From: Myxococcota bacterium
GTDB taxonomy: Bacteria > Myxococcota_A > UBA796 > SXON01
Direction: 5' to 3'
DNA length: 64,000 nucleotides
Assembly (NCBI GenBank): GCA_040386535.1
Contig: JAZKFH010000005.1
Span: 158,298-222,297, forward strand
Positions 10,054 to 24,400 of this stretch are shown here, one piece after another; the stretch's first letter is position 1, and each line of letters opens with the position of its first letter. The position numbers were made by a program, and so were the translations under genes. The notes beneath the pieces were generated by a model, which was not told where the DNA came from, made no database searches, and worked only from the letters and a program-made list of their open reading frames with translations.

Positions 10054-12375
10054 TCAGGGGATGAACCGGTCCAGGAAGGCGAGCGTGGCGGCGGCGTAGT
10101 CGTCGTACAGCTCGTGGTCGGCCGCCATGATCTCGATCTCGGCGGCCACCTGGGCCTGCTGGGACGCGGTCAGGCCGAGCCCGCCGAGGTCGGACGCGGC
10201 CTCCTCCCCCGTCACGAGCCACTCGTCGTTGGCGTCGACATAGCCCGCCGTCCGCAACGAGTCGGCGATGGTCGTGGAGAGCGCGGCGCTGATACCGGCC
10301 ACGCGGGTGAACCGCTCGTCGTACAGCGGGGTCGGGGGGTGCACCCAGGCCTCCGCCGTCACCCCGCGCGCCTCGAGGCCCGCGGCGTAGGCCACGGCCT
10401 GGTCGTCGCCGTCCGGCCACGTGGAGTCGAGCGCCGCCATGAACCAGGCGGTGGGCGCCACGGTGGTCTCCACGTGGAACCGCCGGCCCGGCGCGCAATA
10501 GGAGAGCACCGCGTCCGCCGGGAGTGACACCCCGAGGCTGTGCGCGAAGTCAGCCCCGCTGCCGATGCCCCAGGCGATGGTCGGCACGTCCCAATACGCC
10601 AGCTCGTTCAACAGCTCGCGGGTGGCCGCCAGATCGAGCGTCTCGTCGTCCGTGGAGTCGCTCCAGCCGCCCGTGCCCGCGATGGCGGCGATGTCCGAGC
10701 TCATCGCGACGATGCCGTAGCCCTCGTCGTAGAGCTGCCGCGCGATGGACGACGGCGCGTTGTCGAGGATCTCGGTGTTGTCGTGCAACGCCGAGTGGAA
10801 GAAGAGCACCAGGCCGCGAGGATCCGCGGGGATCGCGGCGAGGACCGACCGGGGCGTGCCGGCCAGGGTGTAGGTGGTCTCCACCAAAGGCAGATCGGCG
10901 GCCCGTGAGGCGGGCGTGAGCGTGACGTTGGCGTCCGTCATCGTGAACGTGCTGGTCCACTCGTCGTTGTCGGCCAACGTACCTCCGGACCAGCCCGTCA
11001 CGAACTCCGTCTGCGGGTCGATGTCCGCCCACACCTGGACCACCTCGCCGGCGAGGTAGCTGCCGTCTCCGAACCCGTTGGTGACGGTGAGCGTGTGCGC
11101 GACGGTGCCGGTGATGGTCTCGGTGTCATCGACCTCGTAGGCGGGGATGTCGGCCTCGTAGGGGCCGCCGTACATGCCAATGTCACTCCGCGACCCATCC
11201 CCGTCGAGCAGGCTCGGGTTGCCGGCGTTGATGGCGGGCGACCCCGAGTCGAGGGAGAAGTCGCCCCCGGCGGCGTCGCCGAACTGCGGATCGGCGTACA
11301 CGTTGCCGGTGCCGGTCACGCTGCCTTCGTAGTCGCCGAGGTTGTCCCAGAACACCGAATAGGTCGCGGACATGGCGCGCAGATCGGCCGCGTCACACGC
11401 CGCCACGATGTTGTTCCGGAACACCACGTCGACCAGATCGAACGTGCGCCCGCCGTACGGATCGCTGTCGTCGATATTGTAGAACACGTTGTTGGTGATG
11501 GTCTGGACGCCCACCCCGTTGGACGAGAAGTCGAACGCGGTGAAGGCGGTGCCGATGTCGATGTCCGCGAACGAGTTGTTCGCCATCAGCAGGTTGTCGA
11601 GGTCCGCCGTGGTCACCACCTGCTGGTGCCGCCCACCGATCACGGTGTTGTGGATCACGTCGGCGTTGGCCCCCTCGATCAGGTACCACAGGTAGTCGGT
11701 GGTGTTGTTCTCCCACACCACGTCCTCCATGGCGAGGTAGTTCTCGTCCATCAGTACGGTGAACGACCCGGTGGTGTCGGTCACGTGGCAGTCGATGACG
11801 GTGAGGCTGCCCTCGTGGACCGAGAACGCGGCGGCTTCGGGATAGTACAGGTCCTCGAACGCCGTACCGGTGACGTGGAAGCCGGAGAGCGTGAGGCTCC
11901 CGTTGTCCACGATCACGGCGGGATCAGCGCCGCCGTCGATCGAGGTCACGTCGGGCCCGCCGGTGGAGGTGATGGACACCTCGGCGCTCCACGGCACGTT
12001 GATGGGGTCGTACGTTCCCGGGCACACGCTCACGGAGTCGCCCGGCGACGACGCATCGATCGCCGCCTGGATCGTGGTGTAGTCCCGGGAACCGTCCCCA
12101 CACACCTCGATCGTGGCCCGCACCGCCGGCGGGCCGGGATCCGTGTCCGTATCGGTGTCCGTGTCCGTATCGGTGTCCGTGTCGGTGTCCGAATCGGTGT
12201 CGGTGTCCGTGTCCGTATCGGTGTCCGTGTCGGTGTCCGTATCGGTGTCGGTGTCCGAATCGGAGTCCGTGTCCGTATCGGTGTCCGTATCCGTATCGGT
12301 GTCCGTCTCGCCGGACGTGTCATCCTTGACGGAGTCGGAGGGCTGGCACGCGAAGAGCAAAGGGAGGAGCAGCAT
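10054..12375 (-). CDS. Lipoprotein, copy 2 of the beta-helix/hydrolase-fold family, about 27 DT units
   Basis: [10 protein letters not shown]; colinear and highly similar to 4886-7063 and 14201-16708. Confidence 0.8.
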   Translation of the reverse strand: MLLLPLLFACQPSDSVKDDTSGETDTDTDTDTDTDTDSDSDTDTDTDTDTDTDTDTDTDTDSDTDTDTDTDTDTDTDTDPGPPAVRATIEVCGDGSRDYTTIQAAIDASSPGDSVSVCPGTYDPINVPWSAEVSITSTGGPDVTSIDGGADPAVIVDNGSLTLSGFHVTGTAFEDLYYPEAAAFSVHEGSLTVIDCHVTDTTGSFTVLMDENYLAMEDVVWENNTTDYLWYLIEGANADVIHNTVIGGRHQQVVTTADLDNLLMANNSFADIDIGTAFTAFDFSSNGVGVQTITNNVFYNIDDSDPYGGRTFDLVDVVFRNNIVAACDAADLRAMSATYSVFWDNLGDYEGSVTGTGNVYADPQFGDAAGGDFSLDSGSPAINAGNPSLLDGDGSRSDIGMYGGPYEADIPAYEVDDTETITGTVAHTLTVTNGFGDGSYLAGEVVQVWADIDPQTEFVTGWSGGTLADNDEWTSTFTMTDANVTLTPASRAADLPLVETTYTLAGTPRSVLAAIPADPRGLVLFFHSALHDNTEILDNAPSSIARQLYDEGYGIVAMSSDIAAIAGTGGWSDSTDDETLDLAATRELLNELAYWDVPTIAWGIGSGADFAHSLGVSLPADAVLSYCAPGRRFHVETTVAPTAWFMAALDSTWPDGDDQAVAYAAGLEARGVTAEAWVHPPTPLYDERFTRVAGISAALSTTIADSLRTAGYVDANDEWLVTGEEAASDLGGLGLTASQQAQVAAEIEIMAADHELYDDYAAATLAFLDRFIP
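12140..12305 (-). repeat. Hexamer coding repeat (Asp-Thr)n
   Basis: Mixed GACACC/GACACG/GATACG units, with occasional Asp-Ser. Confidence 0.9.
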
Positions 12376-12476
12376 GCTCCCCACCTACCGCGGCGGTCTC
12401 CCCGAACCCGGGCCGTGCACCCTTCGCGACAACACACCACGTCCGTGCGCAATCGCCACAAATCCGAACAAGGCCC

Positions 12477-14200
12477 CTACCGGTCGCCGCGCATGACGTA
12501 CACGGCGCCCGCACCCGCGCCGCCCGTGTACTCTTCCGGCGCGCCGAGGAACAGGTCGCTCCCGCCGTCGCCGTCCCCATCGCCGAACACGAGGCTCTCG
12601 CCGGCGTTGTGGTAGATGTTCTCGGCCAGGAACACGGCGTTTGCGTCACCGAGGACGAGCGTGCCGGAGGAAGGGCCGTAGAACAGGTAGGCCGCGCCGG
12701 CCGAGACACCGATGGTGTTGTCGCCCGGCGCCCCGACGACGAGCTCGCCGGCGCCGTCGCCGTCGATGTCCCCGACAGCGAGGCCGATGCCGAGGTACTG
12801 CTCGGCCGTGGTGCCGCGGAGGATGACATCCGCGGTCGACAGCGTCACGCTGCCGGTCGCCGGCCCGAACACGACGTAGGCCGCGCCCGCGTCCTCCCCG
12901 CCCGAGGAATTGTAGGAGCCGAGAACGATGTCGCCGAGCCCGTCACCGTTGACATCGCCCATCGCCAGGCCCTCGCTGGCGTTGTCGCCCGCCGCCTCGC
13001 CGAGGAACTTGCCATCGGCGCCTGAGAGCGACACGTCGCCCGACACGCCGCCGTACACGAGGTACGCGGCGCCGGAGCTGGAGGCGGTGCCGTGTCCGTA
13101 CGGCGCGCCGATCAGCATGTCGCCGACGCCGTCCCCGTCCACGTCCACGCCGGCGCGCAGGTAGCGGCCCGCGAAGGCGTAGTCGGCCTCGCCGATGAGC
13201 CGCGCGTCCGCCGTGCTCGGGAGGTCACTCGTCCCGGCGCGGAGCGGCCCGTACTGCACGAACACGGTCCCCGAGGCGGTGCCGCCACGGTCGTCCTCGT
13301 AGGCGGCCAGGACGGCGTCGGCCACCCCGTCACCGTCCACGTCCGCGAGGTCCAGACCGTGGGCGAACTCGGACTCGAGCTCCCCCGTGAACGTGACATC
13401 GGCGTCCACGAGATCCATGTCGGCGGACACGGGGCCGAACACGATGTACCCGCGGCAGGTGTCGTCGGGTGCGCCGATGCCCACGTCCTCCATGCCGTCG
13501 CCGTTCACATCTCCGACGCCGATGGAGCGGCCCGCGGACGTGGTGGTGGCGTCGCCGCGGATGCGTACGCCGGCCGAGTCCAGGTCGCGCGTGCCCGAGA
13601 ACGGACCGTACACGACATAGGCGCCGCCCTGGTTTCCGTCGGCCTCCTTGGTCGCGACCAGCAGGTCTCCGATGCCGTCCCCGTCGATGTCGCCCATGTC
13701 CACGTGGCGCCCGGCGTCGAAGTCGGGCTGGCTCGAATACAGCTTGGCGTCCGCCGCGCCGAGGTCGTACTCGCCGGCGAACGTGCAGGCTTCGTCGCCG
13801 CCGCGGCAGTCGTTGTCGGTGCCGTCGCCGCACACCTCCACCGCGCCTGGAGAGACCGCGGCGTCCTCGTCGTCGCAGTCGGTGGACGCCGGGTAGCCGT
13901 CGTCGTCCGCGTCTACGGGGCCGGTGTCGGTGTCCGTATCGGTGTCGGTGTCCGTATCGGTGTCGGTGTCGGTGTCCGTGTCGGTGTCCGTGTCGGTGTC
14001 GGTGTCCGTGTCGGTGTCCGTGTCGGTGTCGGTGTCGGTGTCCGTATCCGTATCCGTATCCGTGTCGGTGTCGGTGTCCGTATCGGTGTCGGTGTCCGTA
14101 TCGGTGTCGGTGTCGGTGTCCGTATCGGTGTCGGACTCCTCGGAGGTGTCCTTCACGGAATCGTCCGGGCGGCAGGCGAGCAGGAGGGTGAGGAGCAACA

Positions 14201-14201
<1 letters not shown>
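12477..14201 (-). CDS. Lipoprotein: DT stalk, myxobacterial putative metal-binding motif, FG-GAP (integrin-alpha-like) beta-propeller
   Basis: ATG overlaps the upstream stop (TAATG at 14199-14203); [17 protein letters not shown]...DCDD...[15 protein letters not shown]; repeated GD.DGDG..D...GAP...GAAY.V.GP. Confidence 0.85.
13925..14132 (-). repeat. Hexamer coding repeat (Asp-Thr)n, about 35 units
   Basis: Seen directly in the sequence. Confidence 0.9.
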
Positions 14202-16708
<2,507 letters not shown>

Positions 16709-17013
16709 GCGCCCCCGTAGCTCGCGGCCGCCGTCGCGCTGGAGCATCCCGCCAGGAACGACAAGTGGGTGTGACGCGCGATGAGGCACGCCGGAAGCGC
16801 ACGATCTGCCGCCCCGCGCACCGGTCCCGGTCGCTTGGGAACAGAAAGTCACAACACCCGTGAATTGGGAACGATTCGCCCCATGTTCCAGGGAAAGTAC
16901 CGAAGCACCACACAACGGTGCGGAGACTTCACTCGACGCCTGCTTGTTCGCGACCTACTGACTGATGCGACCGACACATCGGTGTGGTCGCGTTCGAACC
17001 CAAGAGGTCCATC

Positions 17014-17391
17014 ATGCAAGTTTCCCTGGTCGTTCCCGCCCTGCTGCTGCTCGTCGGCGCTGGTGTCACGGGGTGCGCCGCCAAGCAGCCGCTCCATACC
17101 GAGTCGTCCACCGCCGCGATCCGCTCCGCGGAAGAGCTCGGTGCGTCCAATGTTCCGCTGGCCTCGCTGCACCTCCAGCTCGCCAAGGAGTCCCTGGACG
17201 CCGCGACGGCGCTCAACGAGAAGGGCGACACGGACGAGGCGAAGTCCCTCCTCCTCCGCGCCGAAGCCGACGCCGAGCTGGCGGTCGCGCTCTCCCGCGC
17301 GGAGGCCGAGAAGTCCGAGGCCCAGGCGGCCATGGACCGCGTCCGCAAGCTCCAATCCGAAAATCCGTACGCCGCCGGGGGTGCCAAGTGA
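17014..17391 (+). CDS. DUF4398-like helical lipoprotein
   Basis: Lipobox VTGC; AIRSAEELGA...HLQLAKE...LLRAEADAELA; TGATG coupling to the OmpA gene, the usual context for this family. Confidence 0.7.
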   Translation: MQVSLVVPALLLLVGAGVTGCAAKQPLHTESSTAAIRSAEELGASNVPLASLHLQLAKESLDAATALNEKGDTDEAKSLLLRAEADAELAVALSRAEAEKSEAQAAMDRVRKLQSENPYAAGGAK

Positions 17392-18293
17392 TGCGTTCCA
17401 ACCTTACGATCCTCCTCGCCCTCGGCTTCGCGGTCGGCTGCGCCCCCAAGGTCCCGCTCGAGCTCTCCAACGCGCGCCAGGCCTACCAGGAGGCCAGCAC
17501 CAGCTCCGCGGCCACGCTCGTGCCCGCCGAGGTCCACAAGGCCAAGGAGGCCCTCGGCGCGGCCGAGACGGCGTTCGAGGATGATCCGAAGGGCTACCAC
17601 ACCCTCGATCTCGCCTACGTCGCCCAGCGCAAGGCCGAGCTCTCGCAGGCCCTCGCGGCCGCCGCGGCGGAGGAGAAGGCCAAGGCGGCCGCCAACTCGC
17701 AGTACCAGTCCACGCAGGACGCGATCATGCTGGACACCAAGGCCAAGCTGGGCTCCACCCAGGCCGACCTCGCCGCCACGCAGACCGTCGCCGCGACCAC
17801 CGCGGCGCAGCTCTCCGCGTCCGAGTCCGCGCGCGCCGTCTCCGAGGAGGCGCGGCTCAAGGCCGAGGCGCAGGCGGCCGAAGCGATGGCGGCCCTCGCC
17901 AAGCTCGCGGCGGTCAAGGAAGAGACCCGCGGGATGGTCATCACCCTCTCGGGCAGCGTGCTCTTCCAATCCGACCAGGCGACGCTCCTCCCCGAAGCGC
18001 AGACGCGCCTCGGCCAGGTGACCGACGCCCTCATGGCGACCAAGGAGCGCTCGATCATCATCGAGGGCCACACCGACTCGCAGGGGTCGGACGCCGACAA
18101 CATCGCGCTCTCCCAGCGCCGCGCGGAGGCAGTACGCTCCTTCCTCACGACGCGCGGGTATGACCCCAGCCGGATCCGCGCCGTCGGCATCGGCGAGGTC
18201 CGCCCCGTCGCCGACAACGCGTCGCCCGAAGGCCGCGCGAACAACCGTCGTGTCGAGATCATCGTCGAGCCGGCCTCGTCGGCCTCGAAGTAG
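17391..18293 (+). CDS. OmpA-family peptidoglycan-binding lipoprotein with N-terminal coiled coil
   Basis: AVGC lipobox; IEGHTDSQG, NIALSQRRAEAV, GRANNRRVEI. Confidence 0.92.
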   Translation: MRSNLTILLALGFAVGCAPKVPLELSNARQAYQEASTSSAATLVPAEVHKAKEALGAAETAFEDDPKGYHTLDLAYVAQRKAELSQALAAAAAEEKAKAAANSQYQSTQDAIMLDTKAKLGSTQADLAATQTVAATTAAQLSASESARAVSEEARLKAEAQAAEAMAALAKLAAVKEETRGMVITLSGSVLFQSDQATLLPEAQTRLGQVTDALMATKERSIIIEGHTDSQGSDADNIALSQRRAEAVRSFLTTRGYDPSRIRAVGIGEVRPVADNASPEGRANNRRVEIIVEPASSASK

Positions 18294-18400
18294 TCGCTCG
18301 CGCGGCGCCGGGTTCGCCCGGCGCCGCGCCGCCTCGTTGACGACACGTCGCCCCGTACTGGCTGGTCCCCAGGCCCGGCCGCGCACCCCCGAGCCCGACC

Positions 18401-21400
18401 ATGCCGACCTCGTCCGTGCAGCCCATCCGGGGCGAGCTCTACAGTATCGATCGGCTGGAACAGTACGGCCCAGAGCTCGCGGCCACCCACCGGATCGTCC
18501 CGGGTCGGCACCGCGGACGCCCCGTGCTCGCCCGGCTCGAGGACAACCGCCGCGCGCTGGTGAACGCAACGCGCATCATCGCGGCCGACGTGCGGGCAGG
18601 CACCGCGGTCAGCCCTGCCGCGGAGTGGCTGATCGAGAACTTCGGGCTCGTCGAGGAGCAGCTCCGCGAGATCCAGGAGGACCTCCCTCCCTCCTTCTAC
18701 CTCGAGCTCCCGAAGCTCGCCGATGGCGACAAAGCTGGGTACCCCCGCGTCTATGCGCTCGTGTGGGCCTACGTCGAGCACACCGACAGCCGCTTCGATC
18801 TCGAGAGCCTCAAGCGCTTCGTCCGCGCCTACCAGGAGGTCCAGCCGCTCCGCATCGGTGAGATCTGGGCGATCGCGATCTCGCTGCGCCTCGTGCTGGT
18901 CGAGAACCTGCGGCGGCTCGCCGACTCCATCATCCTGCGCCGCCAGGAGCGGGCCGAGGCCGACGATCTGGCCGACGCGCTCCTGGACCCCGCCCGCGTG
19001 CCCAAGCTCCGCGGGCGTCTCGCCGCGCTGGAGCGCGCCCCGCTGGCGAGCGCCTTCTCGGTGCAGCTCATCCAGCGCCTGCGCGACCGGGATCCCACCA
19101 CCACGCCGGGCCTGCTCTGGCTCAACGAGCAGCTGGCGCGGCAGAACACCACCGCCGAGGAGGTGGTCCGTATCGAGCACCTGCAGCTCGCGGCGACGCA
19201 GGGGCCCGTGCGCGACGGCATCACGAGCATGCGCGCGCTCTCCTCCATCGACTGGGCCGACTTCGTGGAGGACGTGAGCCTGCTCGAGGCGGTCCTCGGC
19301 GGGCAGGCACCGGTCCCGGTCCTCGACTTCTCCACGCGCGATCGGTACCGGCACGTGGTCGAGGAGCTCGCGCGGGGCTCCGGGTGGAGCGAGGTGGCGA
19401 TCGGGCAATTGGCCGTCGACAAGGCGCGCACTTCGGGCGCTCCCCGCGGCGCGCGGGAGGCGGAGGCCGGGTACTACCTCCTCTCCACCGGGCGCACCGC
19501 GCTCGAGGCGGAGATTGGCTACCGTCCGCCCTGGTCGCAGCGCGTCCGGCGCATCGCTCGCCTCGAGCCGACCGTCGGGTACGTCGGCGCCATCCTCTTC
19601 GCCACGGCCATCGCGCTCGCCATCCCCCTCTCCGTCTCCACGGCGTGGGGGGCGCCGCTGATCGAGGGGATCGTCCTGGGCCTGCTCGCCCTCATCCCGG
19701 CCTCCGAGCTGGCGATCGGGCTGGTGAACCGCTGGGCGACCCGCCTCGTGGGCCCCCGAAAGCTCCCGAAGCTGGCGCTGGAAGACGGCGTTCCGGCCGA
19801 GCTCCGCACGATGGTCGTCGTGCCCACGCTGCTGTGCGACGAGGCCGAGGTGTGGGAGCTGGTCGAGCGGCTCGAGGTGCACTTTCTCGCCAACGACGAC
19901 GGCGACCTCCGCTTCGCGCTCGTCTCGGACTGGCCGGACGCGCCCACCGAGCGGATGGACGGTGACGATGCCCTGCTCGCCGTCGCCCGCCAGGCGATCG
20001 CCGAGCTCAACGCCCGCCACGCCCCGGTCGCCACCGCGCCGGGCATCACCGGCCCCCGGTTCTTCCTCCTCCACCGCGGGCGCCGCTGGAACGAGCGCCA
20101 GGGGGTGTGGATGGGCTGGGAGCGCAAGCGCGGCAAGCTCCATGAGCTCAACCGGCTGCTCCGCGGGGCCACCGATACCACCTTCCTGGACGCGGGGATC
20201 GCCGACAGCGGCGTGGACCTCGCCGCGCTCCAGATCCGCTACGTCATCACGCTCGACGCCGACACGCGCCTTCCCCACGGCTCGGCGAAGAAGCTGGTCG
20301 GCGCGATCGCCCACCCGCTCAACCGCGCCGTCCACGACCCGGTGACGCGGTGTGTCGTCCAGGGCTACGGCATCCTCCAGCCGCGCATCACGCCGACCCT
20401 CCCGGAGAGCGGCGAGGGCACGCTCGCTCAGCGGGTCTACTCGGGGCCGGCCGGCATCGATCCGTACGCGTTCGCCGTCTCGGACGTGTACCAGGACCTC
20501 TTCGACGAGGGCAGCTTCACGGGCAAGGGCATCTACGACATCGATGCCTTCGAGCTCGCGATGGCCGGGCGCGTACCCGAGAACACGATGCTCTCGCATG
20601 ACCTGTTCGAGGGCCTCCACGCGCGAGCCGGCCTGCTCTCCGACGTGGAGCTGTTCGAGAGCAGCCCGGCCCACTACCAGGTCGCGGCCGCCCGCCACCA
20701 CCGCTGGGCACGCGGAGACTGGCAGCTGCTGCCCTGGATCTTCACCCGGGGCCCGATCCCGTTCATCGGGCGCTGGAAGATGCTGGACAACCTCCGGCGC
20801 ACGCTGGTGGCGCCCGCGGGCCTCGCGACGTTGCTCGCCAGTTGGACCCTCGCCGACGGGCGCCCGTGGGTGTGGACGTTGTTCGTCGGCGCCTCGATCG
20901 CCGTCCCCGTGCTCCTCCCGGTGTTGCTCGACATGTTGCCCCGGCGGACGGGGCTCTCCATGCGGAGCTTCGCCCGCGGCGTGGGCGAGGACCTCGTGCT
21001 CGCGCTCCTCCGCGTGGGGCTCGCCATCGCGCTCCTGGCCGAGCAGGCCTGGCAGATGATCGACGCCATCACGCGCACCCTCTACCGGCTCGCGGTCTCG
21101 CACCGGCGCATGCTGGAGTGGGTGACGGCGGAGCAGGTCAAGCGCGGCTCCAAGCTCGATCTCGCCGCCTTCCAGCGGCAGATGGCGCGTTCGGTCGGGC
21201 TCACCGTGCTGGCGCTGGTCGCGGTCGTCGGCGATGCGCCGGGCGCGTTCGGCCTCGCGGCCACGTTCGCCACCCTCTGGATCTTCTCGCCGGTGATCGC
21301 CCGCGCGATCAGCGCTCCGCCGGTCGCCCGCGCCCGCGCCCGGCTCGACGATCGCAGCTCCGACAGCCTCCGCCTCACCGCCCGCCGGACGTGGCGCTAC

Positions 21401-24400
21401 TTCGAGACCTTCGTCACCCCCGGCCACAACCACCTCCCGCCCGACAACTTCCAGGAGGATCCGGCACCGGCGGTCGCGCAGCGCACCTCACCGACGAACA
21501 TCGGGTTGTACCTGCTCTCCTCGGTCTCCGCGCACGACATGGGGTGGCTCGGCACGCTCGCCTTCATCGAGCGCATCGAGGCGACACTCACGACGATCGA
21601 GAAGCTGGAGCGGCACCGGGGCCACCTCTACAACTGGTACGAGACCACCACGCTGGCGCCGCTGCTGCCCCGCTACGTGTCCACGGTCGACAGCGGAAAC
21701 CTGGCCGGCCACCTGCTCACGCTCCAGCAGGCGTGCCTCGAGCTCGCCGAGTACACGCCGACGGTCCCCCGCGCGTTCGCGGGCATCGCCGACGCGTTGG
21801 CGATCGCGCGTGAGGCGATCGCGGCGATGGGCCCCGACCTTCGCGACGGCTCCCTGCGCCGCCAGCACCTCGGCGAGAGCGCCGACGAGATCGCCGCGCT
21901 CCTCCGCGCCCCCCAGGGCGAGGCCGCGCCCGGCACGCCGAACGTCTGGGACCTGCTCCTGGTCAAGGCCGAGGTGCTCGTCGACACGGCCCAGGCGCTG
22001 GCGCAGGAGCACGCCGCGGGGCCCGGGTCCGACACGTGCGCGGACATCCTCGACTGGGCCCGGATCGTGCGCGCCGCCATCGCCGGGCACGTCCAGGACC
22101 GGGCGCTCGTCGACGGCGGGTTCTTCGAGGCTGGCGCCTTCCGGGACAGCCCCGCGGCTCGTTTGACGCGGCTCGCCGAGCGGGCGGAGCGCCTCTCGCA
22201 GGAGATGGCGTGGGACTTCCTGTTCGACGCCGACAAGCGGCTGTTCTCCATCGGCTACAACGTCGACAACTCGCGGCTCGACATCTCGTCGTACGATCTG
22301 CTCGCGTCGGAGTGCCGCCTCGCCAGCTTCCTCGCCATCGCGAACGGCGATGTCCCGGTCTCGCACTGGTTCCGCCTCGGTCGCCGGCTCACGCCCGTCG
22401 GGAGCAGCTCCGCGCTCGTGTCGTGGTCGGGTTCGATGTTCGAGTACCTCATGCCCGAGCTGGTCATGGCGGTGCCCGAGGGCAGCCTGCTGGCCCAGAC
22501 CGACCGCCTCGTGGTGGCCCGGCAGATCCGCTACGGCGCGGCGCGCGGCGTCCCGTGGGGCATCTCGGAGGCCGCGTACAACGCCCGCGATCTGAACCTC
22601 ACCTACCAGTACGCGAACTTCGGGGTCAGCGGCCTCGGCCTGAAGCGGGGGCTCGCCGAGGATCTGGTCATCGCGCCCTACGCGACGGCGCTGGCGGCGA
22701 TGATCGATCCGGTCGCCGCCGTCAAGAACCTGGCCAGCCTCGCGAACGTCGGCGCGTCCGGACGATACGGCTTCTACGAGTCGGTCGACTACACGGTCGC
22801 CCGGCTCCCCGAGGGCACGCGCGGCGCGGTCGTGAAGGCCTACTTCGCGCACCACCAGGGCATGTCCATCGTCGCGTTGTGCAACACGATCGGCGGCTTT
22901 GGGATGCGACGCCGCTTCCACGCCTCCCCCCTCGTCCGGTCGGCCGAGCTCCTCCTCCACGAACGCACCCCGCGCCACGTCGCCGTCGCCCGCTCCCACA
23001 CCGACGAGGAGGCCATGCACCTCCACGTGCGCGAGGTCGTGCCGCCCGTCCTGCGCGAGTTCAGCTCCCCCCACGACGCGCTCCCGGCGACCCACCGGCT
23101 CTCCAACGGGCGCTACTCCGTGGCGTTCACCGCGGCCGGCGCCGGGCAGAGCTTGTGGAAGGAGCTCGCCGTCACCCGGTGGCGCGAGGACGAGACGCTC
23201 GACACCTGGGGCAGCTTCGTCTACGTGCGCGACGTCGTGAGCGGTCGGGTGTGGTCCGCGGGCCACCAGCCCACCGGCGTCGAGGCGGACGACTACGCCG
23301 CGTCCTTCTACGAGCACCGCGTGGAGATCCGCCGTCGCGACGGCTCGATCACCACGACGCTCGAGGTCATCGTGTCCTCCGAGGACGACGCCGAGCTCCG
23401 CCAGGTCACCGTCGCGAACACCGGCAACCGGGTCCGCACGCTCGAGCTGACCTCCTACGCCGAGGTGGTCCTCGCCCCGGACGCCGCCGACGTCGCCCAC
23501 CCCACCTTCTCCAACCTCTTCGTCCAGACCGAGTTCGAGCCGGGCGTGGAGGCGCTCCTCGCGTCGCGACGGCCGCGCTCGGCGCTCGAGCAACGCATGT
23601 GGGCCGCGCACGTCTCGTCCGTGCACGGCGTGGGCGTCCAGGGCGTGCAGTTCGAGACCGACCGCGCGCGGTTCCTCGGCCGTGGGCGCGGGGTCCGCAC
23701 CGCCGCGGCGATCCACGACGGGCGGCCGCTCTCCAACACCGTCGGCGCCGTGCTCGACCCGATCTTCAGCCTGCGCCGTCGGGTCACCCTCCAGCCGGGC
23801 GAGTCCGCGAAGGTCACCTTCACCACCCTGGTCGGCCCGACCCGCGAGCGTGTGCTCGCCCTGTGCGACACGTTCCGGGACAGCGGCGTGTTCGAGCGGA
23901 CGCTCGGGCACGCGTGGACCCACGCCCAGGTCCAGCTTCGCCACCTCGGCATCGACCCCGAGGAGGCCCAGCTCTACCAACGCCTCGCCTCCCGCGTGCT
24001 CTACGCCGGCCCGGCGATGCGCGCGGACCGGGACGTCCTCGATCGCAACCGCCTCGGACAGTCCGCGTTGTGGCGCTTCGGCATCTCGGGCGACCGCCCC
24101 ATCCTGCTCGGCCGCATCGCCAACATGGAGGACCGCGACCTGGTGCGCCAGCTGGTCCACGCGCACTGCTACTGGCGGATGAAGGGGCTCCGCATCGACC
24201 TGGTGATCCTCAACGAGCAGCTCCACAGCTACGGCCAGGATCTGCAGGAAGACCTCGAGGGGCTCGTCCGTGCGAGCCATCTCGCCGGCGTCCAGAACGG
24301 GGTCTACCTGGTCCGAGGCGAGCACCTCGGCGACGAGGATCGGGACCTGTTGCTCACGGCCGCCCGCGTCGTCGTCGACTCGCGCGACGGCTCCCTCTCC

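Noticed and set aside
4995..10429. Diversity-generating retroelement template/variable repeat pair
   Set aside because: The two copies are identical rather than differing at adenines, both are coding, and there is no reverse transcriptase in the window.
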